Positions 9,670 to 19,639 of a stretch of DNA of 64,000 nucleotides are shown one piece after another. Below the pieces are notes generated by a model that saw only the letters and a list, made by a program, of their open reading frames with translations, was not told the origin of the DNA and made no database searches. How positions within the stretch are numbered: position 1 is the stretch's first letter; each line of letters opens with the position of its first letter. The position numbers and the translations under genes are program-made. Source of the stretch: Candidatus Eiseniibacteriota bacterium (lineage in GTDB: Bacteria > Eisenbacteria > RBG-16-71-46 > CAZAMP01); NCBI GenBank assembly GCA_965224245.1, contig OZ245046.1:928001-992000 (forward strand). Direction: 5' to 3'.

Positions 9670-12600
9670 CTAGGGCCGGGACCGCGCGATCACGAGCTTT
9701 CGCGTGGCCGAGCTCAGCGCGTTCCTCACGCGCACGAAGTAGACGCCGCTGGTCACGTCGACGCCGTTGGTGCTCTTCCCGTCCCAGGTGACCGTGTGCA
9801 TGGGACCTCGGAACGACCCCGTGGCGACCGTCCGGACGCGCCTTCCGAGGACGTCGAGGATCATGACTTCCGTCGGTATGGGCGCGCCTCCCAAACTCGA
9901 CGCGAACGTGATCGACAGGCTACCTCCCCGGTACGGTACCGGACGCAGGACCGGGATCTGGACGGACGGCGTCGCGCCCGTATTCACCGTCTCACCCAGA
10001 TACAGTTCCTCGCCGAGACCGTTGATTGCGAACAACCGATACGAGTCGCCAGTCCTGCCATCGATGTCGTGATGGCTCGTCCCGGTCGTGTGCGTCACCA
10101 GCACGACGTACTCACCGCTACTCGACTTGTCCAGGCGATACCCGCTGAGGTCCTGGGGCCCGGGGTCGGTGTCCCATGAGACCACGAGTCCCGATCCGCT
10201 CGATGACGGCGAGACACGGAGCATGAGAAGCGAGACCGAGGTCTCGATCGTGAAGAGCGACTCGCTCTCGGCGATAGAGTGTCGGTAGATGAAGGTGCCA
10301 AAGTCGTTGGCATCCTCGCGGCGCTCCACTCGAACGAGCGAGAACCTCGACGGTGTATGGGGCACGAGCACGTCGTAGCTTCCGCCCGACACGCCCGTGG
10401 CAACCGACGTGTACGTGCTGCCACCGTCGACCGAGAGCGCGACGTCCACCGTTCCCTCACCGTCCCACGTCACCGATCTCGTTGCGCCGACGGGCCATAC
10501 GTCGCCCCCGGATGGACTCGCCAGCTCCACTGCGCCCGAGGCGTATCTGAGATCCTGGCTCGACGCATCCCGGTAGCCGATGTGCGGGTTGCCCTGGGCA
10601 TCCAGGTCGATCGAGGTGAACCAACCCACGGCTCCGTCTGCTTCTACCGTCTCTATCCTCCAGCTGCCCCAGATCTTCACGGCGTATCGGAGATCGGCAG
10701 TGCCCCAATCGTAGTAGCTGATGTGAGGACGACCTTCCGTGTCGAGCACGATCGATGTGAACTCTCCTCCGCTTGCCTCCGGTCCGTCCACGGCCTCGAT
10801 GGTCCAACCCCCTGATGTCTTGACCGCATACTTGAGATCGAAGTTCGTTGCGTCGTAGTAACTGATGTGGGGCCTGCCCTCGTCATCGATCGCAATCCAC
10901 GAGTGAAAGCCAACCGATCCCGTCACATCGACGGTGTCCGTCGCCCAGAATCCACCCGTCTTCACCGCATACTTGAGACTCGCATTCGTGACATCGTGAT
11001 AGCTGATGTGAGGAACATCGTCGTCATCGACTGCGATCGACGTGTACGTGCCCACCGTTCCCGTGGCGTCGACCGTCTCGAGAGTCCAGCTGCCACCCGT
11101 CTTGACCGCGTATCGGAGGTCGCCGTTCGTCCAGTCGTAGTGGCTGATGTGCGGATTGTCCTGCCCATCCATCGCGATCGAGCCGAACTCGCCCTTGACG
11201 TCCACCGCATCTACCGTCTCCGTCGTCCAGGTACCGCCGGTTCTCGTCGCGTACTTGAGATCGAAGTTCGTGACGTCGCGGTAGCAAACGTGCGGGACTC
11301 CCTCGCTATCCAGTGCAATTCGTGTGAACTGACCCACAACACCGGCCGCGTCCACCGTCTCTGTCACCCAGCTGCTCCCCGACTTGACCGCGTACTTCAG
11401 GTCTGCGTTTGTGCCGTCGTAGTAACTCATGTGCGGAACACCCCGCGCATCGAGTGTTAGCGACGCGTCAAAGCCCACGTCGCCCACCGCGTCCACCGTC
11501 GTCGTCCACCAGGGCACTACGCGGTCGGGGGAGATGTCGAACAAGGCGGGAGACGCCGACGACGAGAACGGGCTCGACCGTTCGATTCTTACGCGGGCGT
11601 GTTCCGTGTCGATTGCGGGCACGCTCACCATCGCACTGCCACCAGTCACAAACGACGTCAGCGGCACATACGAGAGACCACCATCGGCGGAGAGCAGGAT
11701 ATCCACGTCGCCGGCCCCTCTCCACGTCACCGTCTCCTGAGAGCCGCGAACCCAATGGTCACCGCCGAGAGGAGACGTGAGGTGGATCGCCGAATCGCTC
11801 AGCCTGAGATCCCTGTCTCCGTCCTGGTAGTAGCTGATCAATGGGTTGTCCTGACGGTCGAGGGCAATCGACGAAAACCTCCCGGCCCCGGATTGATCCA
11901 CCGTCTCGGTCAACCAGCCTCCACCACTCGTTCTCGCGGCGTGTTTCAGGGCGCCGGCGGCGCCGTCGTAGTAGCTGATGCGGGGAAGCCCTCCGCTGTT
12001 GATCGCGATCGATGTGTGGGAGCCTGTCGCGTCGACCGTCTCGATCAACCACGCGGCCATCTTCGCGGCGTACTTGAGCGCGCCGGTTCCATCGTCCCTG
12101 TAACTGATGTGCGGAATGCCCTGGGCGTCGAGCGCAAGCGATATGTACGTAATCGAGGACGCCGATGCACTCGCCGTCTCTATCTGCCAACCCCCCGCGG
12201 CGTTCACCGCGTAGACGAGTTCCAGAGTCGTGAAGTCCAGATACGCGACGTGCGGTCTGTCGAGTCCGTCGACTGCGATGGACGTGTACCTACCGACATC
12301 TCCGACGATGTCGACGTTGTCGATCGTCCATGAGCCGCCGCTCTTGAGAGCGTATCTCAGGTTACCGTTGGTCGCATCGTAGTAGGTGATGTGGGGCCTG
12401 CCCTGTCCGTCGAGGTCGAGCGCGCAGTACGATCCGACATCGCCGGCGGCATCGACCGTCTCGGTGCTCCAGCTCCCACCGGTCTTGACGGTGTACTTCA
12501 GGTCGCCGTCGCTGAAGTCGTAGTGGCAAATGTGAGGAACGCCCTGTTCGTCGATTGCAATGGACGTGTACTGACCGACCCAGTTCGTGGCAAAAGGCGT

Positions 12601-12840
12601 CTCGATTACCCAGGTGCCATTCGATCTCGTTGCGTACTTGAGGTCGCGATTGAGCTCATCGAAGTAGCTGACGTGAGGATTGCCCTGGGCGTCCAGAGCG
12701 AGCGACGTGTACTGACCGACCTGACCGCCCGTATCGACGTCTTCGTGTACGAACGGCGTGGTCGCACGAGCGACGGTGCCGATCGTCGATACGCTCGTGA
12801 TGCAAACCACGATCATCACGGAACAGCGGGCGTTGGTCAT
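9670..12840 (-). CDS. Exported double 7-bladed beta-propeller protein (ETVD..G.VG..TSIALD..G.PHISYYD...DLKYA repeats) + Ig-like + FN3-like + FlgD-Ig CTD
   Basis: Likely start ATG 12840 (AGGA upstream, signal peptide MTNARCSVMIVVCITSVSTIGTVARA). 7 repeats, Ig-like LTSP.GG..W..GS...VTW, 7 repeats, second Ig-like domain, FN3-like domain, CTD. Paralog of 29358-32525. Confidence 0.88.
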   Translation of the reverse strand: MTNARCSVMIVVCITSVSTIGTVARATTPFVHEDVDTGGQVGQYTSLALDAQGNPHVSYFDELNRDLKYATRSNGTWVIETPFATNWVGQYTSIAIDEQGVPHICHYDFSDGDLKYTVKTGGSWSTETVDAAGDVGSYCALDLDGQGRPHITYYDATNGNLRYALKSGGSWTIDNVDIVGDVGRYTSIAVDGLDRPHVAYLDFTTLELVYAVNAAGGWQIETASASASSITYISLALDAQGIPHISYRDDGTGALKYAAKMAAWLIETVDATGSHTSIAINSGGLPRISYYDGAAGALKHAARTSGGGWLTETVDQSGAGRFSSIALDRQDNPLISYYQDGDRDLRLSDSAIHLTSPLGGDHWVRGSQETVTWRGAGDVDILLSADGGLSYVPLTSFVTGGSAMVSVPAIDTEHARVRIERSSPFSSSASPALFDISPDRVVPWWTTTVDAVGDVGFDASLTLDARGVPHMSYYDGTNADLKYAVKSGSSWVTETVDAAGVVGQFTRIALDSEGVPHVCYRDVTNFDLKYATRTGGTWTTETVDAVDVKGEFGSIAMDGQDNPHISHYDWTNGDLRYAVKTGGSWTLETVDATGTVGTYTSIAVDDDDVPHISYHDVTNASLKYAVKTGGFWATDTVDVTGSVGFHSWIAIDDEGRPHISYYDATNFDLKYAVKTSGGWTIEAVDGPEASGGEFTSIVLDTEGRPHISYYDWGTADLRYAVKIWGSWRIETVEADGAVGWFTSIDLDAQGNPHIGYRDASSQDLRYASGAVELASPSGGDVWPVGATRSVTWDGEGTVDVALSVDGGSTYTSVATGVSGGSYDVLVPHTPSRFSLVRVERREDANDFGTFIYRHSIAESESLFTIETSVSLLMLRVSPSSSGSGLVVSWDTDPGPQDLSGYRLDKSSSGEYVVLVTHTTGTSHHDIDGRTGDSYRLFAINGLGEELYLGETVNTGATPSVQIPVLRPVPYRGGSLSITFASSLGGAPIPTEVMILDVLGRRVRTVATGSFRGPMHTVTWDGKSTNGVDVTSGVYFVRVRNALSSATRKLVIARSRP

Positions 12841-13077
12841 TTGTGGAGTTCCTACCAGCACCACGACGACGACCTCGCGTACACGGCCGCAGTTTGCGGC
12901 TGTTACCTCTACTATTATATCCCGGTGGCGACGAGGTGGACGGCGTAGTGTCCGAGCACTGGAACACGCGGAAACAGGCCCACTTACGAGACCCAGGGTC
13001 TCTGGATGAGTGAGTCCATCCACCTGCGAGTGCTTCCGGCCACGTTCTCCCAGCGCCGACGTCAGGGTCGTTTCACG

Positions 13078-13443
13078 TCATCGCACGGCGTTGATCTTTC
13101 GGGCCCGATGCGCGTCCGCCGTCTTCAAGCGGAGGAAGTAGACGCCTGGCGGACCTCATCACCGAGGAGCAGGGGACACCGTGTTCCGAGGATCCGAGGA
13201 CAAAGCAGACCGAGGTTGACACCTCCGGGGACGGTGTCCCGGATCAGGGTCAACACTCGGCGACCCAGAACGTCGAACAGCGACACCTCGATCTCGGTCG
13301 GGACATCGACCGAGTAGGTGAACTGGCTTCCGGCTCGCGAGGGGTTGGGAACGATGGCACCCAGGTGAACGCGCGGGTCGACGATAGAGCTCGTGACGTC
13401 CAGCGGTCTTGGACACTCGACGCAGAGGTCATCGATGTAGAAC
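13078..13443 (-). pseudogene. 3' remnant of a CTD-bearing exported protein, cut by IS481 and internally disrupted
   Basis: FYIDDLCVEC...IVPNPSRAGSQFTYSVDVPTEIEVSLFDVLGRRVLTL, then in another frame GVYFLRLKTADAHRARKINAVR* (stop 13078-13080). Confidence 0.75.
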
Positions 13444-14437
13444 TGTAGGGATGTCAGACCTCTTGAGACCTTTTGTGCTTCCCTGTTGTGGTCATTCTCA
13501 GGAGGTGTTCCGTGAGAAGAACTCGGTTGGCCTGGAAGAAGATGGTCCTGGAGTATGCCGAGCTCTGCGGTAGCAATGCGAAGGCCTGTCGCGAGTTCGA
13601 GGTGCCCAGGTCGACGTTCTATCGCTGGAAGAGCAAGCGAGCCCTTGGTGGTGACGGCGAGCTTCGTGACAAGAAGCCCATCGCCAAGAGCTGGCCGAAT
13701 CAGCTCTCTCCCGCAGTGGTCGAGAAGATCCTGCACCTGCGACGCACGTACCACCTTGGACCCCAGCGGATCGCCTGGTACCTCGAGCGCTACCACGGCA
13801 TCAAGACGTCGCGGGCGACGGTCTACCGCACCCTCGTTCGCAACGGCATGCCCCGGCTGCCTCGGAAGGTGGGACGGCGGGCACTCCACACCCGCCGCTA
13901 CGCGAAGCGGGTTCCTGGTCATCACATCCAGGTGGACGTGACGTTCCTGTCTCTGGCGACGACAGAGGGCAAGCGAGTTCGTCGGTATCAGTACACGGCC
14001 ATCGATGACGCCACTCGGATCCGCGCGCTGAGGATCTACGACCGCCACAATCAGAAGAACGCCATCCACTTCATCGACTACGTCGTCGAGAAGTTCCCCT
14101 TCCGCATCCACACCGTGCGCACCGATCGCGGTCATGAGTTCCAGGCCCAGTTCCACTGGCACGTCGAGGACAGGGGCATCCGCCACGTCTACATCAAGCC
14201 GCGATCCCCGCAGCTCAACGGAAAGGTCGAGAGATCCCATCGGACGGACAAGGAGGAGTTCCACCAGCTTCTGACGTACACTGATGACGTGGATCTCAAC
14301 CAGAAGCTCGAGGAATGGGAGAGCTTCTACAATCTCAGCCGGCCGCACGGAGCGTTCAAGGGCAAGACCCCCTACGAGGCGATGAGGTCTCTCTTGGAAT
14401 AGGCGTAGATGAGTCTCGCGAGGTCCGAGCTATCACA
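13444..14437 (+). mobile_element. IS481-family insertion sequence
   Basis: Ends TGT...ACA with imperfect IR (TCAGACCTCTTGAGAC vs TCGGACCTCGCGAGAC on the opposite end); single transposase ORF; no target duplication seen. Right end could be 14439. Confidence 0.85.
13512..14402 (+). CDS. IS481-family DDE transposase
   Basis: GTG 13512 after AGGAGG; HTH ACREFEVPRSTFYRW; IQVDV, AIDDATR, TDRGHEF, SPQLNGKVERSHRT, YNLSRPH. Confidence 0.92.
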   Translation: MRRTRLAWKKMVLEYAELCGSNAKACREFEVPRSTFYRWKSKRALGGDGELRDKKPIAKSWPNQLSPAVVEKILHLRRTYHLGPQRIAWYLERYHGIKTSRATVYRTLVRNGMPRLPRKVGRRALHTRRYAKRVPGHHIQVDVTFLSLATTEGKRVRRYQYTAIDDATRIRALRIYDRHNQKNAIHFIDYVVEKFPFRIHTVRTDRGHEFQAQFHWHVEDRGIRHVYIKPRSPQLNGKVERSHRTDKEEFHQLLTYTDDVDLNQKLEEWESFYNLSRPHGAFKGKTPYEAMRSLLE

Positions 14438-14537
14438 CAGCGCGCGAGAGTACCGTCACTCCCTCAGCCGGCTCGCCTTCATCGGCGCAACGAGTACCAT
14501 GTCCTCGCCCGGGTGCGGCCACAGGGGCACGCCTCGG

Positions 14538-17500
14538 TCAACGCCAGTCACCCGCGACGACGAAGCCCGCCCAGAAGAACGGATGCGCGCTCGACCCCGA
14601 AGCCCGGCGAGCCACGAGCACGTCGAGGCTCGCCCCGCGCGCGGCATCGTCGATCGGCAGCGCCTCGACGAAGCGTTTCTGGTAGAACGCGCGCATCCAC
14701 GCCCGCGCGGACTCGTCTTCGACGGCCCAGAGGCTCATCACGATCGTGCCGACGCCGGCAGTCTCGAATGCACGGCGAAGACCGAGCACCCCCTCGCCGG
14801 TGGTGATCGTACCCAGGCCCGTGTCGCAGGCCGAGAGCACCGCCAGGTCGACCGCCGTGAGATCCAGCGACGCGATTTCCTCCGCGGTCAGAATGCCGTC
14901 CTCGTCGGCGGGTGTCGCCTCGGCGCGGAGATTGGCACCCGCCAGCGCCAGTCCGGAGAGAAGAAGCGGATTCTCTCCCGCGTCGGCACCCGGCCCCTGC
15001 GTGGCGCGAGCGACGCCGCCGATCCCTCGCCGTGACGGCGCCGAACGGCACTGTTCTCCGAGAAAGAAGCCGTGCGTTGCCAGGTGCAGAACTCGATACC
15101 CGGGGGCCGACTCCTTGAAGTGAGCCTCGCTCGCCTCGCGTCCGATCCTGAGGTACGGCTCGGGCAGTGCGGCGCGACGCCAGAGCTCGGCCACCTCGCG
15201 CGCCTCTTCCACCGCCGCAGGCAGGTCCTCGAAACGAAGCGCCCGGAAATCGCCACAAGCCGACCGCCGCCCGCGATTCCGCGGTGCCGACCCGGGCGAT
15301 GCGTGCGGAGGATCGCCCGTCCACGTCGCCGCCGCACTCGCGGGTCCAACTGGGGTCGCCGGGCCGACATGCGCCGTCGCACCGTCGGCGATCCCGAGCC
15401 GTGTTGGGTCTCCGGAGCCGGCGAACGGTGCCGGGGAGTCGAAGCTCGGGCCCCCGAGCGCGAGCAACGCCCCGGTGGAAGCGTTCCTCGGCGGTTGCAC
15501 GAGATCTCGCTCCGCGGACAGATGGTGAAGTGTAGGTCCCGTTTCGAGGAGAAAGTGCGCATCCTCGAGCGGCAGGGAGGAGAAGCTGACGAGGTGGAGC
15601 GGCCCCGCGGGTACGACGAAGACTCGACTGGCGTTTTCCAGAAGAGAGGCCAGCGGGTCCCAGATCAGCTCCGCAAGCTCCCGTCCGGCGCGGGTGTAGC
15701 GGCGCACGTCATCTCCGTCGTGACCGGGGGCGCTCCCGAACGTCGCCTCCTTGCGCCAGGTCGATATCGCGGCGTCGACCAGCGCCGCGTCTCCGATGGG
15801 GACCAAGGACACGCGACCGCCATCCGACAGCACGAAGGCGACATAGACCGGACTCCCATCTCGCAGCCCCCGGTCCGACACGTGTGCGAAGGCGATGAGC
15901 GCGGCACGCGGTTCGAGGGTCTGCATCACCTCGGACAACCCGGTTCGCTCCCGCGTCAGCTCGTGCCGAAAGGAAGCGCTTCGAGCCGCCAGCGCCTCTT
16001 CGAGCGACTCCTTTTCGTGACGAGCCGCATCGAGAGCGGTCCGGTACTCCGCGGGCTCGGCGTCCCCGATCCCGCGCACGACGAGGTCCGCCAGGCGCTT
16101 TCGCGACGCGGCGGTTCTGGCGGCGAGCTCCCGTGTCTCGGCGTCACCGGCGAGCCATACACGACGGTTGCGTGCCGCCATCTCGTCGAGGACGAGTGCA
16201 CGCGCCTTGATCAAGGCGTCCCAGGCGTCCTGGATCACGCGACGATCGCGCTGGTCGAGCGCGATGGAGATCGCAATGTCGAGCCCGGCCTCACGGTATG
16301 CGGCGTATGTCAGCGCCTCGCGTTCCGGAAGTGATCTCGACGTCAACCGGAAGTGAGCACGGAAGATCTCTTCCGACCGGAGCGCCAGGCGCGCTGCCGT
16401 GCGCCAATCACCCGTCGCCAACGAGTTGAGCGAGCGCTCTCGTAAGACCTCGCTCAGGACCGGATGCTCGGGTCCGAGAGAACGTTCGAAGATCTCCTGC
16501 GCTCGGGCGATGTGCCGTTCGCAGTCCTCGAGCTCGCCGAAGTGCGCGTGATGTCGGGCGAGCTCGAGATGTGTCTCGGCCACCTTCGGGTGCCCGTCGC
16601 CCAGCACGCCCTCACGCAGGCGCAGCGCCCGCTCCATGTCCTCTCGAACTCCGTGCACGCGACCGAGCTCGCGATGCGCCATTGCCCTCGCCGCGACGAT
16701 GCTGGCGATCTCGAGCTGGTTCGCGTCGGGATCGGCTTCGAGAATCGTGAGCGCGCGCTCGAGGTATGCGAGTCCGGAATCATACTCCCTCTGAGCGAGC
16801 AGGAGCGATCCGAGCTTCGACAATCGGCGACCCAGCCACACGCTCTCCGGTGCATGCGCCTCGCTTATCGCAACGGCACGCTCCAGTAGAAGCCGTGCAT
16901 CCTCCAGATTGCCCATCTCGGAGTACAGGACGGCCAGGTTGGACATGACCGTGGCGAGCTTCGGATGCGTCGGCGGGAGCGTCCGCTCGCGGATCCGAAG
17001 CGCCTCCTCGTATGCGCTTCTGGCCCCGGAGTAGTCTCCGGTCGTGTAGCGCAGAATGCCGAGCGAGCTGTAGTTCGCGGCCAGAATCGGGCTGTCCGGG
17101 GGGCCGTACAGCGTGTTCAGCTGGATGGCTCTTTCCAGGTAGGCATGCGCCGCATCGAGCTCGTCCGTGCGCCACGTGAGCATGCTGAGATTGCCGAGAA
17201 CGCTCGCGGCTCGGAGCGGTTCGAGGCCTGGAAGCGCGTCGTAGATCGCGAGCGCTCGCAGATAGCATGCACGCGCCACCGAGAGATCGTCGCTCTGGAA
17301 GTTCACGAGGCCGAGCGCGTTCAACGTGCGTGCCAGCTCGAGCGAGTCGACGGGCGCCGAGGCCTCCTGGATGGACAGCGCCTCCTCGAACGCCGTCTCG
17401 GCATCCGCCAGTCGACCGCGCACGCGCAGCGCGGATCCGAGATTCCTGACGCTGAGTGCAACGTCTAGGCCCGCAACGCCGACGATGGATTTCTTGATGT

Positions 17501-17819
17501 CGATCGCGCGCCGGGCGACGGCCTGTGCCTCGTCCTCGCCGGCCTTGCCACCGCGCCAGAGTGCCTCGGCGAGAAGATCGAGCACCCGGGCGGTCTCGAT
17601 CGTCCGGGCACCGGACTCGGCCTCGACGTCGGCCAGCAGCTCGCGAGCGGCGTTCTCAGCCGTCGCGTACCCGCCTTCGGCGAGCATCACGCGGATCTCT
17701 TCGAGTGGATCGAACGCGGAGCTCTCCGATGCGCTTGCCATCGTCACGATGCCGATCAGCAGCCCGACGCACAGGACCGTCGGACCTCCACTCGAGGCGA
17801 GATGCATGTCTATTCGCAT
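14538..17819 (-). CDS. Exported TPR-CHAT (caspase HetF-associated, clan CD) protease
   Basis: GAGGAG RBS before ATG 17819; signal-like VLCVGLLIGIVTMASA; tandem TPRs; CHAT domain with catalytic His (HLATHGFF) and Cys (LSACDTGLG); ends HPFFWAGFV. Confidence 0.92.
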   Translation of the reverse strand: MRIDMHLASSGGPTVLCVGLLIGIVTMASASESSAFDPLEEIRVMLAEGGYATAENAARELLADVEAESGARTIETARVLDLLAEALWRGGKAGEDEAQAVARRAIDIKKSIVGVAGLDVALSVRNLGSALRVRGRLADAETAFEEALSIQEASAPVDSLELARTLNALGLVNFQSDDLSVARACYLRALAIYDALPGLEPLRAASVLGNLSMLTWRTDELDAAHAYLERAIQLNTLYGPPDSPILAANYSSLGILRYTTGDYSGARSAYEEALRIRERTLPPTHPKLATVMSNLAVLYSEMGNLEDARLLLERAVAISEAHAPESVWLGRRLSKLGSLLLAQREYDSGLAYLERALTILEADPDANQLEIASIVAARAMAHRELGRVHGVREDMERALRLREGVLGDGHPKVAETHLELARHHAHFGELEDCERHIARAQEIFERSLGPEHPVLSEVLRERSLNSLATGDWRTAARLALRSEEIFRAHFRLTSRSLPEREALTYAAYREAGLDIAISIALDQRDRRVIQDAWDALIKARALVLDEMAARNRRVWLAGDAETRELAARTAASRKRLADLVVRGIGDAEPAEYRTALDAARHEKESLEEALAARSASFRHELTRERTGLSEVMQTLEPRAALIAFAHVSDRGLRDGSPVYVAFVLSDGGRVSLVPIGDAALVDAAISTWRKEATFGSAPGHDGDDVRRYTRAGRELAELIWDPLASLLENASRVFVVPAGPLHLVSFSSLPLEDAHFLLETGPTLHHLSAERDLVQPPRNASTGALLALGGPSFDSPAPFAGSGDPTRLGIADGATAHVGPATPVGPASAAATWTGDPPHASPGSAPRNRGRRSACGDFRALRFEDLPAAVEEAREVAELWRRAALPEPYLRIGREASEAHFKESAPGYRVLHLATHGFFLGEQCRSAPSRRGIGGVARATQGPGADAGENPLLLSGLALAGANLRAEATPADEDGILTAEEIASLDLTAVDLAVLSACDTGLGTITTGEGVLGLRRAFETAGVGTIVMSLWAVEDESARAWMRAFYQKRFVEALPIDDAARGASLDVLVARRASGSSAHPFFWAGFVVAGDWR

Positions 17820-17875
17820 CGTCATCTCCTCGACGGACGGTCCGCACAATCATAGCGCAGAGGAGGGGGGGTTGC

Positions 17876-19639
17876 TCAGGGAGGGCTCGGACCGGGGTTC
17901 TCGAGCACGACTTCACGCAGCCAGACGCCTCGGACCGTCTCACGTCGGTCCGTGAGACGCTCGACCATCCCGAAGACACGGCCGACGCCGTCGCCGGTCC
18001 CCGGAGCGGCACCCGACGAGAGCCCCCCGATCCCGCGCAGCCGACCGATCGCTCGTTCACCCAGCCGAACCGCGGCAACGTCAACGGGCGCATCGGCTTT
18101 GGGCAGTCCGAGCTCGACGATCTCGCGCTCGAAGTCATCGAGCCTCTCGACGCTCGCCACGATCAGCACGTGCTCGCGTCCACCGGAAGTCGTCACCTTC
18201 CAGTAGTACTCTTCTCCGTGGAGAGGGCCCGGGAGTCGATGAGACTCGTCGGCCTTCAGGGGATTGTCGAGATCGTATCCGGGCAGTGGAAAGAGAAGAA
18301 ACGCGTCGCCGCTCTCGTCCTCCGAGACCACGTACACGTAGACATCGCGCGATGCCTGGACCACCAGGAAGAGCTCGTCTCCGGGCGACACGGTCGATCC
18401 GGGTACGAGTCGCTGCGAGGCCGCATCGGCGTGCCGGAGGAGTCGCGCCTCGACCTGATAGCTTTGACCGGCGGCGAGGAACGCTCCGGAGCGAACGAGA
18501 AGCGTGAACAGCACGATACCCGCCGCAATCAGGAGCATCCAGCGCCCACGCCGAAACGCGGGGATCGCCTCCACGCGATCGAGCGTTGCGGTAAGCGCTT
18601 CCTCCATTGCGCCGGCGCTCTCGAACCGCTCCTGGGGATCGGACGCGAGTGCGCGCTCCACGGTCTGCGCGAAGGCAGGGATGACGTCGGGCCTGGCATC
18701 GCGGAGCAACGTCTTGCGTCGTTCGGCGTGCGCCTGGCGCAGCTCGCGGAGGCTCTTCGCCTCGACCGGGTACGCTCCGGTCACCAGATGATGAAGGAGC
18801 ACACCGAGCGAGTAGAGGTCGGACCGAGGACTGGCGACGCCGTCGCGGAGCACCTCGGGCGCCATGTACAGCGGCGTGCCCGCTCTTCCGTGCACCTCGG
18901 CACCACCGTCGGGCGCGTCCTCATCGATCTCACGTCCGATGCCGAAGTCCATCAACACGATCCGGCCTCCGGCCTCGCGCATGACGTTCTGTGGCTTCAC
19001 GTCACGGTGAACGAGACCCGCGGCGTGCACGGCCGCCAACGCTCGACAGACGTCGACGCCGATGAGGGCCGCTTCGCGCGGGCTGAAGCGTCCGCGCGAA
19101 GCCAGAATCTCCTCGAGGGATTCCCCGCGGACGAGCTCCATCCAGATCCCGATCATCCCGTCGCGCGCATCGGCCCCGTGCACGGTCACGACGTTCGGGT
19201 GTCGAATGCGGGCGAGACGCCTCCCCTCGTCCACCACGGCCGGCACGGCGTCGGTCTCTGCAGGGTCGGAGGTCGTGCGATCGGGTCCCGCCCGGGGTCT
19301 GATCAGCTTCAGCGCTACCTCCCGCACGAGGCGCGCATCCCGGGCTCGATAGACCTCTGCAAACGACCCGGTCGCGATCCTGTCGATGATCTCGAGATTA
19401 CCCCAGCGCCACGGCATGGTGACGTCCAAGGGATCGTCGGGCCACTGCTCACCCGGAGGTTCGCCGATCCAGGCCTGGGATCGATGGAACTCGGCGATGC
19501 CCTCGACCACACGGAGCAAGTGCAGCGTGTCCCGGTCGCCCGGACCCACGCACGCGTCCTCGACCGCGTCCCAGTCGATGGCGCGGCCGTCCGAGATCGA
19601 CGCGGCGAGATCGATCAGTCGATTCTCTCCGGCGCTCAT
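17876..19639 (-). CDS. Membrane Ser/Thr protein kinase with N-terminal helical extension and C-terminal DUF4384-like domain
   Basis: GSFAEVY, VALK, HRDVKPQN, DFG, YMAPE; TM WMLLIAAGIVLFTLLV; PGDELFLVVQASRDVYVYVVSEDESG..FLLFP; ATGA overlap with the sigma gene. Confidence 0.9.
   Translation of the reverse strand: MSAGENRLIDLAASISDGRAIDWDAVEDACVGPGDRDTLHLLRVVEGIAEFHRSQAWIGEPPGEQWPDDPLDVTMPWRWGNLEIIDRIATGSFAEVYRARDARLVREVALKLIRPRAGPDRTTSDPAETDAVPAVVDEGRRLARIRHPNVVTVHGADARDGMIGIWMELVRGESLEEILASRGRFSPREAALIGVDVCRALAAVHAAGLVHRDVKPQNVMREAGGRIVLMDFGIGREIDEDAPDGGAEVHGRAGTPLYMAPEVLRDGVASPRSDLYSLGVLLHHLVTGAYPVEAKSLRELRQAHAERRKTLLRDARPDVIPAFAQTVERALASDPQERFESAGAMEEALTATLDRVEAIPAFRRGRWMLLIAAGIVLFTLLVRSGAFLAAGQSYQVEARLLRHADAASQRLVPGSTVSPGDELFLVVQASRDVYVYVVSEDESGDAFLLFPLPGYDLDNPLKADESHRLPGPLHGEEYYWKVTTSGGREHVLIVASVERLDDFEREIVELGLPKADAPVDVAAVRLGERAIGRLRGIGGLSSGAAPGTGDGVGRVFGMVERLTDRRETVRGVWLREVVLENPGPSPP

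Noticed and set aside
13125-14348. 407-aa minus-strand ORF
   Set aside because: It is the antisense of the IS481 transposase fused by chance to the CTD remnant.
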